Positions 49,545 to 62,580 are shown, counted from the first letter of the stretch. The stretch is DNA of 64,000 bases from Felis catus (GCF_018350175.1 NC_058369.1:7688001-7752000), one strand, 5' to 3'. Notes: generated by a model from the sequence alone, not told the origin. Made by a program: numbers and translations.

Positions 49545-49830
49545 GTCAGCTCTGAGTTTAAACATATCCAGAATTCGACCACTTCTTTCCACCCAGCACC
49601 CCCATCTCCCTCCTGGACCGGCGGGGTCACCTCTGCCCTGGTCCCGGGTTCCTGCTCCGTTCCGCAGTCTGTTCTCCCCTGCGGCCACCAGAGGGCGCCC
49701 GTGCGACCTGAGTCCAGCTCCTCCCGCCTCTGCCCCCAGCCCTCTACGGGTCCCACCTCCCTCTGGGTCAAAGCCCAAGTTCTTCCCGAGGCCCACAGGA
49801 TCCCGCACGACTTGCCCCATCCTCTCCCTG
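49545..49830. mobile_element. GC-enriched L2 fragment in MRPL4 intron 8
   Basis: aacatatccagaattcgaccacttct...cagtctgttctcc...gtcaaagcccaagttctt resembles the L2a 3' region. Confidence 0.6.
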
Positions 49831-50185
49831 CCCTGGCCATCCCCCCACCCCCCCTCCACCTCCCGACTAACCGCAGGTGCACAGGCCTCCCGCAGTACAT
49901 TGTTTACACATCTGCTGTGGTTATGGTCAGTGCCTCCCAGCGTGAGGTGGGAATCACCGCCCCAGCGCAGGGCAGGGCCAGGCACGCAGGAGGCTCTCGA
50001 TGACAAGTTGGGCTGAGGACAGTCCCTTGCCCGGGGTCTTGCCATCAGGGAGCAGCTAGACTGCAAGATTCGTGACCCCACGCCAGACCGTGGTGCCTCT
50101 ATAGTAGGGGAATACGGGAGGGAAAGGGACCCCGGGTGCGGTAGGGCAGCCCAGCCTCGACTGCACCTCTCCCCCCGTCCCCCAG

Positions 50186-50331
50186 GCCTGAACGTGCACA
50201 GCATACTCAAACACCAGACCCTGGTCCTGACCCTGCAGACGGTCGCCTTCCTGGAGGAGAAGCTGCTCTGGCATGACTCCCGCTACACGCCGCTCTACCC
50301 CTTCCGCCTGCCCTACCGGGACTTCCCCTGA
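50186..50331 (+). CDS. MRPL4: MRPL4 exon 9 (last coding exon, TGA at 50329-50331)
   Basis: [47 protein letters not shown]. Confidence 0.97.
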
Positions 50332-51032
50332 GCCGTGACCCTGTGCACCTCAGGGCCCGTCGGCCGCCCTCTCCCTGGACCGCTCCACGCGGGCGCCTGC
50401 TCTGAGCCGGGCCAAGCCACCGGCGGGCCTGGGAGCCTTGTGCCCACCCCGTGAGGGCAGAGCCGCACCGCCCCAACCCCCCCCCCCCATCCCAGTAGGA
50501 AGCTGAAGGCCACACAGAGTGGCTGAGCGGTGTCACTACCAGGAAGAGGGGACTTGGCAGACAGCCCGACTGAACTTTGGCCCCCATTTTCTCTTTCATT
50601 TTTAAGATCAATTTTATTTTTTAATCAAAGGAGAGAAATAGAACAGCACATTGTCATTTTGTAAATAACTCCACGTGGCAAGTCAAGCTCTTTCCGGAGT
50701 GCTAGGCGCTGCTGGGTACCTCTCCTGGGGACAACCTCAGGGCTGTCGATAGCAGCGACACAGTCAACTTTCCCAGGGCGACTCAGGCTCGAGGAACCAG
50801 GGGCACTGCTGTCATTAGGAGCCCGCTCCTGGTGCGTCCCCATTCCCAAGCACTGGCACCAAGAATTCACGTCCCTGATGGGGTTTGTGGTGCCGTTGGT
50901 CATGGTCCTTCATGCCAAGCAGTGGGTTTGAGTCTAAAAACCGGATCTAAAAATGGGAAGTGGAGACCTGAGCTGTCGTCATAATGATTTCCCCTAAGCA
51001 GAGTCTGAATCCATGTGGTCTATAAATGAGTG

Positions 51033-51038
51033 AATAAA
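51033..51038 (+). terminator. MRPL4: Polyadenylation signal AATAAA for MRPL4
   Basis: Canonical hexamer ~700 nt after the stop codon, just before SINE-rich DNA. Confidence 0.7.
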
Positions 51039-52364
51039 CACGTTTTTTTAAAAACACCAAACCAGTATCCTAATGCTTTTTTCTCTTCTATTTAAAAAAA
51101 AATTTTTTTTAAGTTTTATTTCCTTATTTTGAGAGAAAGCACGAGCAGGGAGGGGCAGAGAGAGAGAATCTGAAGCAGGCTCCACACTCCGCGTACAGCC
51201 CAGTGCGGGTCTCGAACCCACAAACCACGAGATCATGACCTGAGCAGTAACCAGGAGTCAAACACTTAGCCAACTGAGCCATCCAGGCACCCCCTCCCTT
51301 TTTTAATATTTACTTATTGTCATGAGAGAGTGCGCAAGTGGGTAAGGGGCAGAGAAAGAGAGACAGAATCTGAAGCAGCCTCCGGGCTCCAAGCTGTCAA
51401 CACAGAGCCCATCGCAGGGCTCGAGCCCACGAATGGTGAGATCATGGCCTGAGTTGGACAGTTAACAGACTGAGCCACCCAGGCGCCCCCCCCCCCCCCC
51501 CGCCAAACCGGTATCCTAACTCTTGAGTCTGCTGTTTGCTCCCCCAGTTAATCTTTAAAAACAGTCCTAACACAGGCTGCAATGTGGTCAATCTCTTTAA
51601 AGTTCTCCAGAACTGCCACCTGTGGATGTAGGCCCGGCCAGGCCAGGTGGCCGCGGTGACCACCCATGGGCTGGGCTGCCCCTGGCCAAAAACATCTCTG
51701 GAATGCCTCTCTAGGGAGTGCCTTCAGAGCTCATAACACATTCTTTGAAAATCCTCTGCGGATACAAACTTTGATCCCTTAAAGCACCAGATTTGACGAA
51801 GTAAAAAAGCCACTTGGAGCCAGTAGTCAAGAAGGGGTGCAGAGGGTGGGTGGGAAAACACTGCTTGGGCCAAAGCCAAACTGTTAACCTACCTCTCCCT
51901 GCGCGTCTGGCCGGCCACGCGGGGACACGAGGCTTCGGGTAAGACCCAGCTGTTCTGACGGTGCCCAGACTACTGTAGATCTTTCTAGCTATAAGTAAGG
52001 CCGTGGAGTTATCTACCTTCCAGCGGTCAGACAACAGCAAGGCCAACCTCTGCCCACATAGACTGTGAAAAGAAGGGTCAGAACCTGTCCCGCCGCACCG
52101 GAGACCCCAGCCAGACCAAGGATGGAAAAAGGCATTAGGAGAACGACCTGACTGGGGCGCCTGGGCTCTGTGCTGACAGCTCAGAGCCTGGAGCCTGTTT
52201 CGGATTCTGTGTCTCCCTCTCGCTCTCTCTGCCCCTTCCCTGCTCGTGCTCTGTCTCTGTCTCTCTCTCGAAACTAAACATTAAAAAAAGGAAAAAAAAA
52301 AAACAACACAGAAAATCCGATGACTAAAACGCGCTTTCCAATAATCAGGAGGCAGTATGAATAT

Positions 52365-53180
52365 GTACACATTAGTTTTCCAGCACTGTCTTAACCAAGT
52401 ACCACAGCCTGGGGGAGGCGAAACAACAGAAATGTACTGTCTCATGGTTCCAGAAGGTAGGAATCGAAGATCAAGGTGCCGGCAGGGTTGATTCCTTCTG
52501 AGGCTGTGAGGGAGAGTCTGTCCCAACCTCTTCCTTCCCCTGGCTTCTGGACATCTGCTGGCAAACCTTGACGTTACATGGCTGGTAGTCATTCCAAGGT
52601 CTGCCCTCATCTTCGAATAGCAATGTCTCTGTGTATGTGTCCAGGTTTCTCCTTTTTAGTTTATTTATTTTGTTTATGTATTTATATGGGGGGGGGGGAC
52701 AGAGAGAGAGGGAGAGAGAATCCCAAGCAGGCTTTGCACTGTCAGCGTGGACCCCGACGTGGGGCTCGAATTCATGAACCGTGAGATCACGACTTGAGCC
52801 AAAGCCAAGAGTCAGACACTTAACTGAGACACTCAGGTGCTCCTGGGCACCATCCCCCCCCCCCATTTTTTTAATGTTTACTTAATGTGCACGAGCAGGG
52901 GAGGGTGGATCCGAAGCTCAGTGCTGACATCAGAGAGCCCAGTGTGGGGCTCGAACCCATGAACTGTGAGTTCACAACCTGAGCCGAAGTCGGACGCTTA
53001 ACCGACTGAGCCACCCAGGTGCCTTAGATTCCCCCCTTTTATAAGGACGCCAGTCATGTTGAGTTCGTTCCACCACCCCCCCACCCCAACCTCATCCTAA
53101 TCATTCCCAGATACTGAGGATTAGTGCTTTTTTTTTCTTTTTCCTTGCAGGAAGGAGAGACAGTTGAACCCATGATTGCC
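52365..53180 (-). mobile_element. MaLR LTR (MLT1C-like) with nested SINEs
   Basis: aagtaccacag...aaacaacagaaat...gatcaaggtgccggcagggttgattccttctgaggctgtgagggagag. Confidence 0.8.
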
Positions 53181-54769
53181 TGTGTTTGAAATTCTCTATA
53201 ACAAGCCTTTCTGAAAAGAGAGAGACGGGGGCGCCTGGGTGACTCAGTCATTTGAACCTCCAACTCTTGATTTTGGCTCAGGTCACGATCCCAGCGTCGT
53301 GGGATTGAGCCCCACATAGGGCTCTGTGCTGACAGCACAGAGCCTGCTTAGGATTCTTTCTCTCCCTTTCTCTCTCTGCCCCTCCCCTGCTCTCTCTCTC
53401 TCTCTCAAAAATAAATAAAACTAATAAACATTAAAAGAGAGAGAGAGAGATGGAGGCGCCTGGGGGGCTCACTTGGTTAAGCGTCCGACTTCAGCTCAGG
53501 TCATGATCTCACGGTCCGTGAGTTCGAGCCCCGTGTCGGGCTCTGTGCTGACAGCTCAGAGCCTGGAGCCTGTTTCAGATTCTGTGTCTCCCTCTCTCTC
53601 TGCCCCTCCCCTGTTCATGCTCTGTCTTTCTCTGTCTCAAAAATAAATAAACGTTAAAAAAAAATAAAAAATAAATAAACATAAAAAAGAAAGAAAGAAA
53701 GAGAGAGAGAGAGAAAGAAAGAGAGAGAGAAAGAAGGAAACTGAAAGCAAAATCGAGCCACTGGGGCTGGGATCAGACTCCCCGGAAACACAGGGCGAAA
53801 GGCAGGCAGCTTTGATGGTGGATTTAGGGTGTCTACTTATTGGGGGTCGGCACGGAGGCCCACTGGGTGGGGATGAGGGAAGGGCCACAACCAGACCAAA
53901 GATGTCCCCACTCCAGTGAAAGGGTGTCTAGGAAAGAAAGCCTCAGAGCACCTCCTCCCAAACACATACCCACCAATCCACCAGGAGTGGATTAAAGTTA
54001 ACGTACTGCTGGGTCATCCAAAGAGGGCGAAGCCACCAGCTGCCACGTCCCCACCCAGGCAGGAGGGATCCAAAGGCTAGTGAGAAGGGGCGAGGCAGAC
54101 AGAAGAGTTGACAGCAGAGAGACCAGACCCTTTCTCCCCCCCACCGAGGCCTCCAGCCTGGAGAAGGCTCCCATCCAACGTTGAGCCAAGTCCAGAGATG
54201 TGACTATGCCACCGACCTGAGCCTGAGTCCCGGGCAGAATTCTCAGCCAGGGGGTGGGGCAAGGTTCCACCACAGAATAAAGGGGCGAAAGAGGAAGCGA
54301 AGTTGTGTTTTGACGGAGATGTCAACAACATGAATTTCTGCCTTACCAGCTAGGGCTGCGAGGACGAAATGTGATGTATCGACCAGATCGGTGGCAACAC
54401 AGAGGAAATGTGTATTTCTGCCTGGGAAGTTGGAGGCGAGATTCTCAGAGCTGAGTCCTAATGAAACAGACACAGCGACTGCTACTACCCGTTCCGGCTC
54501 TGTGCTCATCAGGCGCTGCATCCACACTGTGTTAGCGGAACCCCATGGCCGCCCTTTGAGGTTTGGGTTACCATCCCATTCTACAGCTGAGGCCATCAAG
54601 GCGCAACCAGGGGAAGGGGCTTGCTCAAGGTCACAGCTTATGACAGGGGCTGTCAGCATCCTGACCACAACCCTTGACACCTGCTGTCCCACGCACTCCC
54701 CCCACCGTCAGTGCCGCAGGACCATGGTGGGTTTGTCTGCTGGGCAGGTCAGAAGGACTGGGGACCCAC

Positions 54770-57455
54770 AATGATACATCACTTCCTCCTACCCCATTAG
54801 GATGGCAATAATAACAGTAATCACAAAACAGAAAATGGGGGCAAAATACAGGAATCCCTAAAATGTCACTTACTGGATGCCAGTGGAGCTTTAAAAAGCC
54901 TTCTGTGCCTGGGTGGCTCAGTCAGTTGAGTGTCCCACTTTGGCTCAGGTCACGATCTCGTGATTTGTGGGTTCAGGCCCCCTGTCGGACTCTGTGCTGC
55001 CAGCTCAGAGCCTGGAGCCTGCTTCAGATTCTGTGTCTCCTTCTCTCTCTGCCTCTCCCCCACTTGTGCTCTGTCTCTCTTTCAAAAATAAATAAAATGT
55101 AAAAAAAAAAAAAAATTAAAAACAGACAATAGTATCGATGAGGATGTGCAGAAAGTAGAATTCTAAAAAAATTTTTTTAACGTTTATTTATTTTTGAGAG
55201 ATGGAGACAGAGACACAGAGCATGAGCAGGGATGGGGCAGAGAGAGAGGGAGACACAGAATCCGAAGCAGGCTCCGGGCTCCGGGCTGTCAGCGCGGAGC
55301 CCGATGCGGGGCTCGAACTCACAAACCGCGAGATCGTGACCTGAGCCAAAGTCAGACCCTCAACCGTCCGAGCCACCCAGGCGCTCCCCCCCAGCAATTG
55401 CACGTCTAAGTATATTCTCGAAAGGACTGAAAAAAATTTTCATACCAACACTTGCACATGAACGTGCATAGCAGCATGATTCAGGGTAGCCAAAAGGGAG
55501 AAACAACCCAAATGTCCATCAGCTGGTGAATGAACAAAGCAAAGGTCCTATCTCCATACAATGCAATATTATCCAGCCCTAAAAAGAAATTCAGTATAGG
55601 GGCGCCTGGGGGGCTCAGTTGGTTGAGTCCGACTCTTAAAGTGGGCGTGGAGCCCACTTAATAAAAAAATTTAAATTTTAATTAAAAAAAAGGAAAACGT
55701 ATTAATACAGGCTACAACATGAACGAAACGTTATGCTAAACATCACGAACATTATGCTAAGGGAAAGAGTCCAAACACAAAAGGCCACGTAGTGTGTGAT
55801 TCCACTGATAGGAAATGTCCAGAATGTGCAAGCCCATAGAGACAGCAGATTAGTGGTTGCCAGGGGCTGAGAGGAGAGAGGATTGGGAGGTACCAGGTTT
55901 TTGGGGATGGTGATGGAAATATTCCAGAATCATATACTGGTTGTACAAGATTGTGAATACACAGGAAAATTTTTAAAGGGCAAAAAGTAAGTTTTGNNNN
56001 NNNNNNNNNNNNNNNNNNNNNNNNNNNNNNNNNNNNNNNNNNNNNNNNNNNNNNNNNNNNNNNNNNNNNNNNNNNNNNNNNNNNNNNNNNNNNNNNNNNN
56101 NNNNNNNNNNNNNNNNNNNNNNNNNNNNNNNNNNNNNNNNNNNNNNNNNNNNNNNNNNNNNNNNNNNNNTTTCCCCCAAAATTAAAAATAGTACTACCAG
56201 GGTGTCTGGGTGGCTCAGTCGTTCTAGTGTCCAACTTTGGCTCAGGTCATGCTCTCATGGCTTATGGGTGCGAGCCCCGTGGCGGGCTCTGTGCTGACAG
56301 CTCAGAGCCTGGAGTCTGCTTCAGATTCTGTGTCTCCCTCTCTCTGCCCCTTCCCAAGCTCACACACACTCTCTCTCTCTAAAATAAATAAATATTAGGG
56401 GCGCCTGGGTGGCGCAGTCGGTTAAGCGTCCGACTTCAGCCAGGTCACAATCTCGCGGTCCAGGAGTTCGAGCCCCGTGTCGGGCTCTGGGCTGATGGCT
56501 CGGAGCCTGGAGCCTGTTTCCGATTCTGTGTCTCCCTCTCTCTCTGCCCCTCCCCCGTTCATGCTCTGTCTCTCTCTGTCCCAGAAAAAATAAATAAACG
56601 TTGAAAAAAATAAAATAAAAAAAATAAATAAATAAATATTAAATTTAAAAAAATAGTACTACCATATGATTGACCAATTTTACTTCTGGATATTTATCTG
56701 AAGGAAACAAAATCAGTATCTTGAAAAGATATCTACACCCCCATGTTACNNNNNNNNNNNNNNNNNNNNNNNNNNNNNNNNNNNNNNNNNNNNNNNNNNN
56801 NNNNNNNNNNNNNNNNNNNNNNNNNNNNNNNNNNNNNNNNNNNNNNNNNNNNNNNNNNNNNNNNNNNNNNNNNNNNNNNNNNNNNNNNNNNNNNNNNNNN
56901 NNNNNNNNNNNNNNGTGTGTATATGCGTATACATACAAGCGTATACACACATATACACAACGGACTACTATTCGTCCATAAAAAGAAGGAAATCTTGCCA
57001 TTTGCTACGTCACAGATGGACCTTGAGGTCACTACGCTAAATGAGATAGGTTAGAGAATGACAAATACTGCATGGCCTCACTTATATGTGGAATCTTAAA
57101 AACAACAACAACAACAAACCACTTGAGGAGTACCTGTGTGGCTCAGCTGGTTAAGCGTCCCATTTCAGCTCTGGTCAGGATCTCGTGCTTTGTGTGATCC
57201 TGCATCGGGCTCTGTTCTCAGTGTGGAGCCTGCCTGGAATCCTTTCTCTACGCCCCGCCCTCTCTCTCAAAATAAACAAATCCACTTTAAAGCAAAACAA
57301 AAGAAACCCCTGAATTTACCTACAGAACAGATTGGTGGTTGCCAGAGGCAGGGGGTGGGGGAAATGGGTGAAGCGGGTCAGAGGGTACAAACTTCCGGTT
57401 ACAAGGTAAATAGGTCCTGGGATGCGATGGACAGCCTGGTGACCAAAACTGTTTA
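54770..57455 (+). mobile_element. L1 3' fragments interleaved with many Can-SINEs
   Basis: cccattaggatggc, aaacaacccaaatgtccatca, aaaagaaggaaatcttgccatttgc, tcacttatatgtggaatct. Confidence 0.75.
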
Positions 57456-60400
57456 AAAAAAAATTTTTTTTTTAACGTTTATTTATTTTTGAGACAGAGA
57501 GACACAGAGCATGAAGGGGGAGGGGCAGAGAGAGAAGGAGACACAGAATCGGAAGCAGGCTCCAGGCTCCGAGCCATCAGCCCAGATCCTGACGCGGGGG
57601 CTCGAACTCACGGACCGCGAGATCGTGACCTGAGCTGAAGTCGGAGGCTTAACCGACTGCGCCACCCAGGCGCCCCAAAACTGTTTAAATAAATGAATAG
57701 AAATGTACATATGGAGTAATGAAGTATCAGGGAGCTGACATTCCTGGAGGAGCTTCGACCCAGCCAGCGAGGCACGGGATTGGCGTAAAAAGTCCGCCCA
57801 TCTCCAAGGGGTTCCTCAGGGAGACTGAACCACAGTGGCCCCCAAAGGAGGTCTCCATACTAACCCACAGCTTCCCTGGTTGCCTTCCCCGACTGCCCCC
57901 AAACCCCCATCCCAGGTATAGACCGCCAGAACACCAAGTTTGGTTCCAGGGGCTGCTTTTGGGGAGAACGTCCACTGAAACAGCCGCTAAGTTGTCAGAG
58001 CCTGGATCCGAACCCCAATCTGCTCCTCCTTGTGTCACAACCTTGTGGATGAAATGCTCTGAGAACCTCCTGTGAAAGCGGTGGGAAGGAAATTCTGGGC
58101 GAGAGGAACAGCATGTTCGGAATGCTCGGGGACAAAAGAAATTCACTGAAGCTGCCAGGAAGGGCGGGGTGGCCACGCCACAGCTCAGAGTGAAGGGAGA
58201 GCAGGGGCCAGGCCACAAAGCGGGACACGAGTCCGCGGCCTCTGGTCTGTAGTGGGTCCACTCACTGGACTGCCCAAGACTGCCTGGCACCCGGGAGGAA
58301 GCCTTGCCCTTCCTGGCAACTTCAGCGAAGGGCTGGGGAGCCTCCGCTTTCCTTTTCCTAGAGGGAACACAAAGGAAACGTGAGACCAGGAGGCGGACGC
58401 TCCTCTCGCTACCCTGGCCCCCATTACCACCCCATCTTCATTTCAGGAAATGGCTCTCCGTCTTCCCAGGGGACCAGGCCAGAACCAAGAAGTCATTCTT
58501 AACTCCGCTCTGTCCTCATGTCCCAGCAAGCACAGGTGACCTTCCCACCAAAACGGATGTCAGATCACTTCTCCGATGGCACTGCTCAGAGCAAGGGCCC
58601 ATTATTACCCACCTCGACTAGAGTAGTCACCTCCTCTCTGGCCTCCTGTCCTCCCTGGCCCTGGGACATAGCTCCTGCTGTCTCAGGAGGGTGCCTGTAA
58701 ACACTGGAGCTGGGGCTGTCCCTCCTCCATGGCTCCCACCTCACTGGGAAGAAAAGCCAAAGTCCTCTGCAGACTGACAAGCATGCTGGGCACCATCTCC
58801 TCCCTGCCCTCGTTTCCTCCTCCCTTCCTTACTGCACTCCAGTCATATGGGCCTCCAGGCCGTCCCTACCTCAGGGCCTTTGCACATTCAGCACTCTGTC
58901 TGGTACCTTCCCTCCCTGATATTGTCAGAGGAGCCTCCTCACTTCCCCGTGTCTTTGCTCAAATGTCGCCTTCTCAGTCTTTCCCAGAGTACTCTACTTA
59001 AAAGTTCATTAACCCTCACATTCCCTATCCCTCCTATTCTATTTCCTCTCGGCACTAATCACCAACACTCACCCCATATATTTTTGTTTCTTATCGGTCC
59101 CCCCACGTTGGAACCATCTCTGCACAATGACGAAATGTTTGTCTTTCCTTTTCACTGCCCTGTCGCCAGCTCTTGAAAGGATTCCTATCACAGCAGGCAC
59201 CCACTGAACACCGCAGGGCCTGTCGGGAGAGATCCGAAAGAACCGCGCTTTTATGGCTGCAAGGAAGACTTGGGCCGCGCGGGGGAGCTCGCCGCCCGCG
59301 CACTGTGGACCAAAGTCCAGGGACCCATTGCGGAAAGCCCGAGAAAAATCCGCCGGAAAATAACCCCCCCTCTCCCTCCCGCACAGGATTTTCCCAGTCC
59401 CTTCGAGGTTTGGGGCGTCCCTGGTCCTACCCTGCACCTTTGCCCAGGCAGTTCGGGGAGGGATTTCAGCACCCACCACACCCCGCGTAGGAAGATCCCC
59501 GTGGAAATCCCTTAGGAATCATCAGGGCAGGAGAAGGGATGCTTTTCTAGCTGATGAGTGACTCGAAGCCCTATCCTCCGAAGGAAGGGCTCGAACGTCC
59601 CCTGGGCTCCCTCCCTTCCCCTTCTGCTGCGCGACCTCCCTGGCCCCTCAGAGGTCTCCATGGCGACGCGGCGCGCATCTCACAACAGGAAGTCTTAGGC
59701 GGCGTGGCTAAGCGCTGGGAGACCCCAGGGCCCCCAGCCTCGACGTGGTAGATGCCAAGCCTTGGGGTCACACGCGTAGGCCGTGGCCTTGGGGTGGGGG
59801 GCGCGGCGGCGGTCTATAGACACAATCCCTCCCCCCACGCCCCTTCCTAATGGAACTAGCCCCAGCAAATATCCGCACAATTTACTGCTGGCGCCCAGAG
59901 TTCAAGTTTCAAGAGCCAGGTGCAGCTCTTGGAGTTTGACCGCCTCCTCTCCTCGCCCCACTTCGGGGCGTAGTTGTTTCCCTGTGGAGAGGAAGGGTCC
60001 GAGCGCCCCCTCTCCATTCAAGGTGTGCTACCTCAGTTTCCCCGAGGGGCCTGGGGACGGCAGCGGGGACCTCGGCGCGTCAGGACCACGCGGCTTCCTT
60101 CCTTTTTCTGGAGGCTGTAAAGACGCCCCCGCGGCGGAGGCCGAAAGGAGAAGCGCGGCCGCGGGGGCGGCCGCGGCATTGGCGGGGCGGGGGGGGGGGG
60201 GCGATGCAGGGCCCCGGACGTGATGACGCCTCGAGTCCTCACCCCATGGTTTCGCGGACCCTTGCACGCGCCCAGGCTTGCTCCTGCCGCTTCTTGGGAA
60301 ATCTGTCAGCTGAGCAAGGGCTTGCCCCCTGGGGGAGGGGCACCCTTGATAGAGAGTGCCCCGAAGAGATTCCTGGGTCCCCACCCTAAAGAGGGATCGT

Positions 60401-60649
60401 CCACTCGGTTAAAGAGGCCTGCATGCGCTGGACAGTCAGACGAGTTCGAACCTCCTCGCCGCTCGGAGGCTCGGTTTACCCCTCTGTGGAATGGGCACAA
60501 TAACAGTCCCTACCGTCCAGGGTAGTTGGCGGTATTCCGTAGAGCGCCTAGAGCAGCGGAACCGCAGCACCGCGGTGAGCCCGGCCCGGGGACCGAACCT
60601 GTCGCACCGGGAGCAGCCCCCCCTGAGCTCGCCCGACCGCCGCGCCCCT

Positions 60650-60672
60650 CGTTGCTTCAGTTTGGAAATTCC
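60650..60672 (+). promoter_or_regulatory. ICAM1: C/EBP-like site plus proximal NF-kB site TGGAAATTCC (60663-60672)
   Basis: cgttgcttcagtttggaaattcc matches the characterised ICAM1 TNF-responsive element. Confidence 0.88.
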
Positions 60673-60773
60673 AGCGCTCCAGCGGCCAACGAGGGGGGAC
60701 AGCGCGACTTAGGCTCGGCACCCTTTCGATCCGGAAATGCCGGAGCCCTCGTTCCGGAGGGGAAGGCGCGAGG

Positions 60774-60796
60774 TTTCCGGGAAAGTAGCACCGCCC
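60774..60796 (+). promoter_or_regulatory. ICAM1: Palindromic GAS/pIgRE TTTCCGGGAAA (STAT1/3) plus an Sp1 site
   Basis: Exact known IFN-gamma/IL-6 element at 60774-60784; CCGCCC at 60791-60796. Confidence 0.92.
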
Positions 60797-60818
60797 CTCT
60801 GCCCCCCGTGCCCGGCCA

Positions 60819-60828
60819 CAATAAAAGG
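60819..60828 (+). promoter_or_regulatory. ICAM1: TATA-like box (CAATAAAAGG)
   Basis: AT-rich element at the ICAM1 TATA position, downstream of GAS/Sp1. Confidence 0.65.
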
Positions 60829-60917
60829 CCCACGCGCCGCGGCCATGAGCCCAGTCGGCGCCGCACGTCTCTGCGCTGCCGGAGGTCAGTGCCCTGCTCT
60901 CCCAGCTTCGGCCCGCT

Positions 60918-60984
60918 ATGGCTCTCGGCACCGCCCGTCCCGCGCTGCCAGCGCTCCTGGCCCTGATCGGAGCTCTGCTCCCAG
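60918..60984 (+). CDS. ICAM1: Intercellular adhesion molecule 1, exon 1 (signal peptide)
   Basis: MALGTARPALPALLALIGALLP(G), 67 nt, donor CAG|GTGAGT. Confidence 0.95.
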
Positions 60985-62119
60985 GTGAGTCGGGGTGGGG
61001 CTGCCGTCGAGCCAACTCCCCGGATCCCCGCTGCGCCCCGGGCGCACGGGGAGGACCCGCTCCCGGCCGGCTGGGGATAAGCCCCTGTCGTACTTAGGTA
61101 GCTGTTTAGGGGAAGTTGGGGCTAGAGCCGCCGGCTGAAAGTTGACAGCAGTGGGTTCGAATCCAGACCCTGGATCATTTCCACGGGAGGCCTCAAGTTA
61201 GAGGTTGACATTCCCGGAGCCTCAGTTTCTCAGCTGTAAGATGGAGAACGTAAGGGCGGCCACTCGAAATGGTCGTGTCCTGGCCGAGTGCCACGCCTGG
61301 CTCCAAGACTCGGTCTGATTGTGTGCGGACGTGTCCGGCACCAAGCTGAGTAGGCTGGGGACCCCCCCCTCCCAACACACACACATGTACATTCTGTTCC
61401 TCGTCCCCCCTGCCCCTGGGGAAGTCCAGGACTGCCTCTGCTCAGGGGAATTCCAGGGCTGACTTGCCCAAAGGCCAGAGGCTGAGAGTGGCATGCCCCA
61501 GCACCCCTCCACCAAACCCAGTCTGGGGGTTGCCAGAGGGAGACAGGGGGAGCGCCAAATGGTGGTCGGTGTTGGGAAGCGGGAGAGTGGGAAAGGGACA
61601 CCTGTGGTTACCAGCCCAACAAAGGGTTCTAGTCCAGATGCCAATGTGGTTTCTACTGCTTTTCAGCTGAGTAACCGCACTTCTCCCAGCCTCACCATTT
61701 CACTCTGTGAAATGGGAACTATCCCAGAATCACTCTCGGAGAATTCACGGAGCTGCTGTTTTCCCATACCTCCATCCAGATAGAGGAACCCAAAGCTGAG
61801 GACAGCAATCTTTGCAAGAGGCAGATAGATAGGCCCTTTGGAAGGGCCCAGATAGATATTTTTTTCAGCTTTGGAGGCACCAGGGAGTCGGAGGGAGCTA
61901 ATCACCACAAGCCCCCTTCTTCCCTGCAAACAGGCACTGTCTGCCCTGTGCTAGGAGTCCCTTGCATTAAGCGGGGGCTGGGATGACTATATTTACCCAC
62001 CTTACAGAAGGGGAAATTGAGGCCTTGAGAGCGGAGACCACTTGGCAGAGGAAGTGAGGAGACAACTCAGTTGGAACTTTTCCATTCCTGGAGGGCTAGC
62101 CTCCTCCACCTCACGTCCT

Positions 62120-62580
62120 GGGAGAGAGAAGCACACTGACTTCATGTCCCTCCTCTGCTCAAGTCCGCCGTGGCTCCCCACTGCCCTCCGAATGAAGAAC
62201 AAGTCCTTGGCATGACCTGCCCTGCCCACATGATCCATCTTCCTGACCTTTCTCCCAGCTCTTCCTCCTCACTAACTCTCTCCAGCCACCCTGCCTCAGG
62301 ACCTTTGCACTTGTGCCTGTTGCCTAGAATTAATTTCTCTCTTCTCTGAATGGCCAGCCCCTTCTCATCATTCGGATCTCTGCTCACACATTACCCTGTC
62401 ACCAAGTCACTGTCTGTTCTCTCACCCTGTTTTGTTTTTGCCAAAGCTCTTAATAACATCAGTTATTAATTATCTTGTTTGCCTATGAATTTTTCTGTCT
62501 CCCACACTGAAGGCAGCGTTTTGCCTCGTTCGGGGCTCTGTGCCCAGCCCTCAACCCAGGCTGGGTACACGGTAATTGCT
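62120..62580. mobile_element. L2 fragment in ICAM1 intron 1
   Basis: catgtccctcctctgctcaa, cctcaggacctttgcacttg, tctctgctcacacattacc. Confidence 0.7.

Larger units (their letters stand above)
59200..61130. promoter_or_regulatory. ICAM1: ICAM1 CpG island / promoter region
   Basis: CpG-rich region spanning exon 1. Confidence 0.85.

Noticed and set aside
52154-52305. SINE lacking its internal A/B-box region
   Set aside because: Simple microhomology (GGG) deletion with no sign of function
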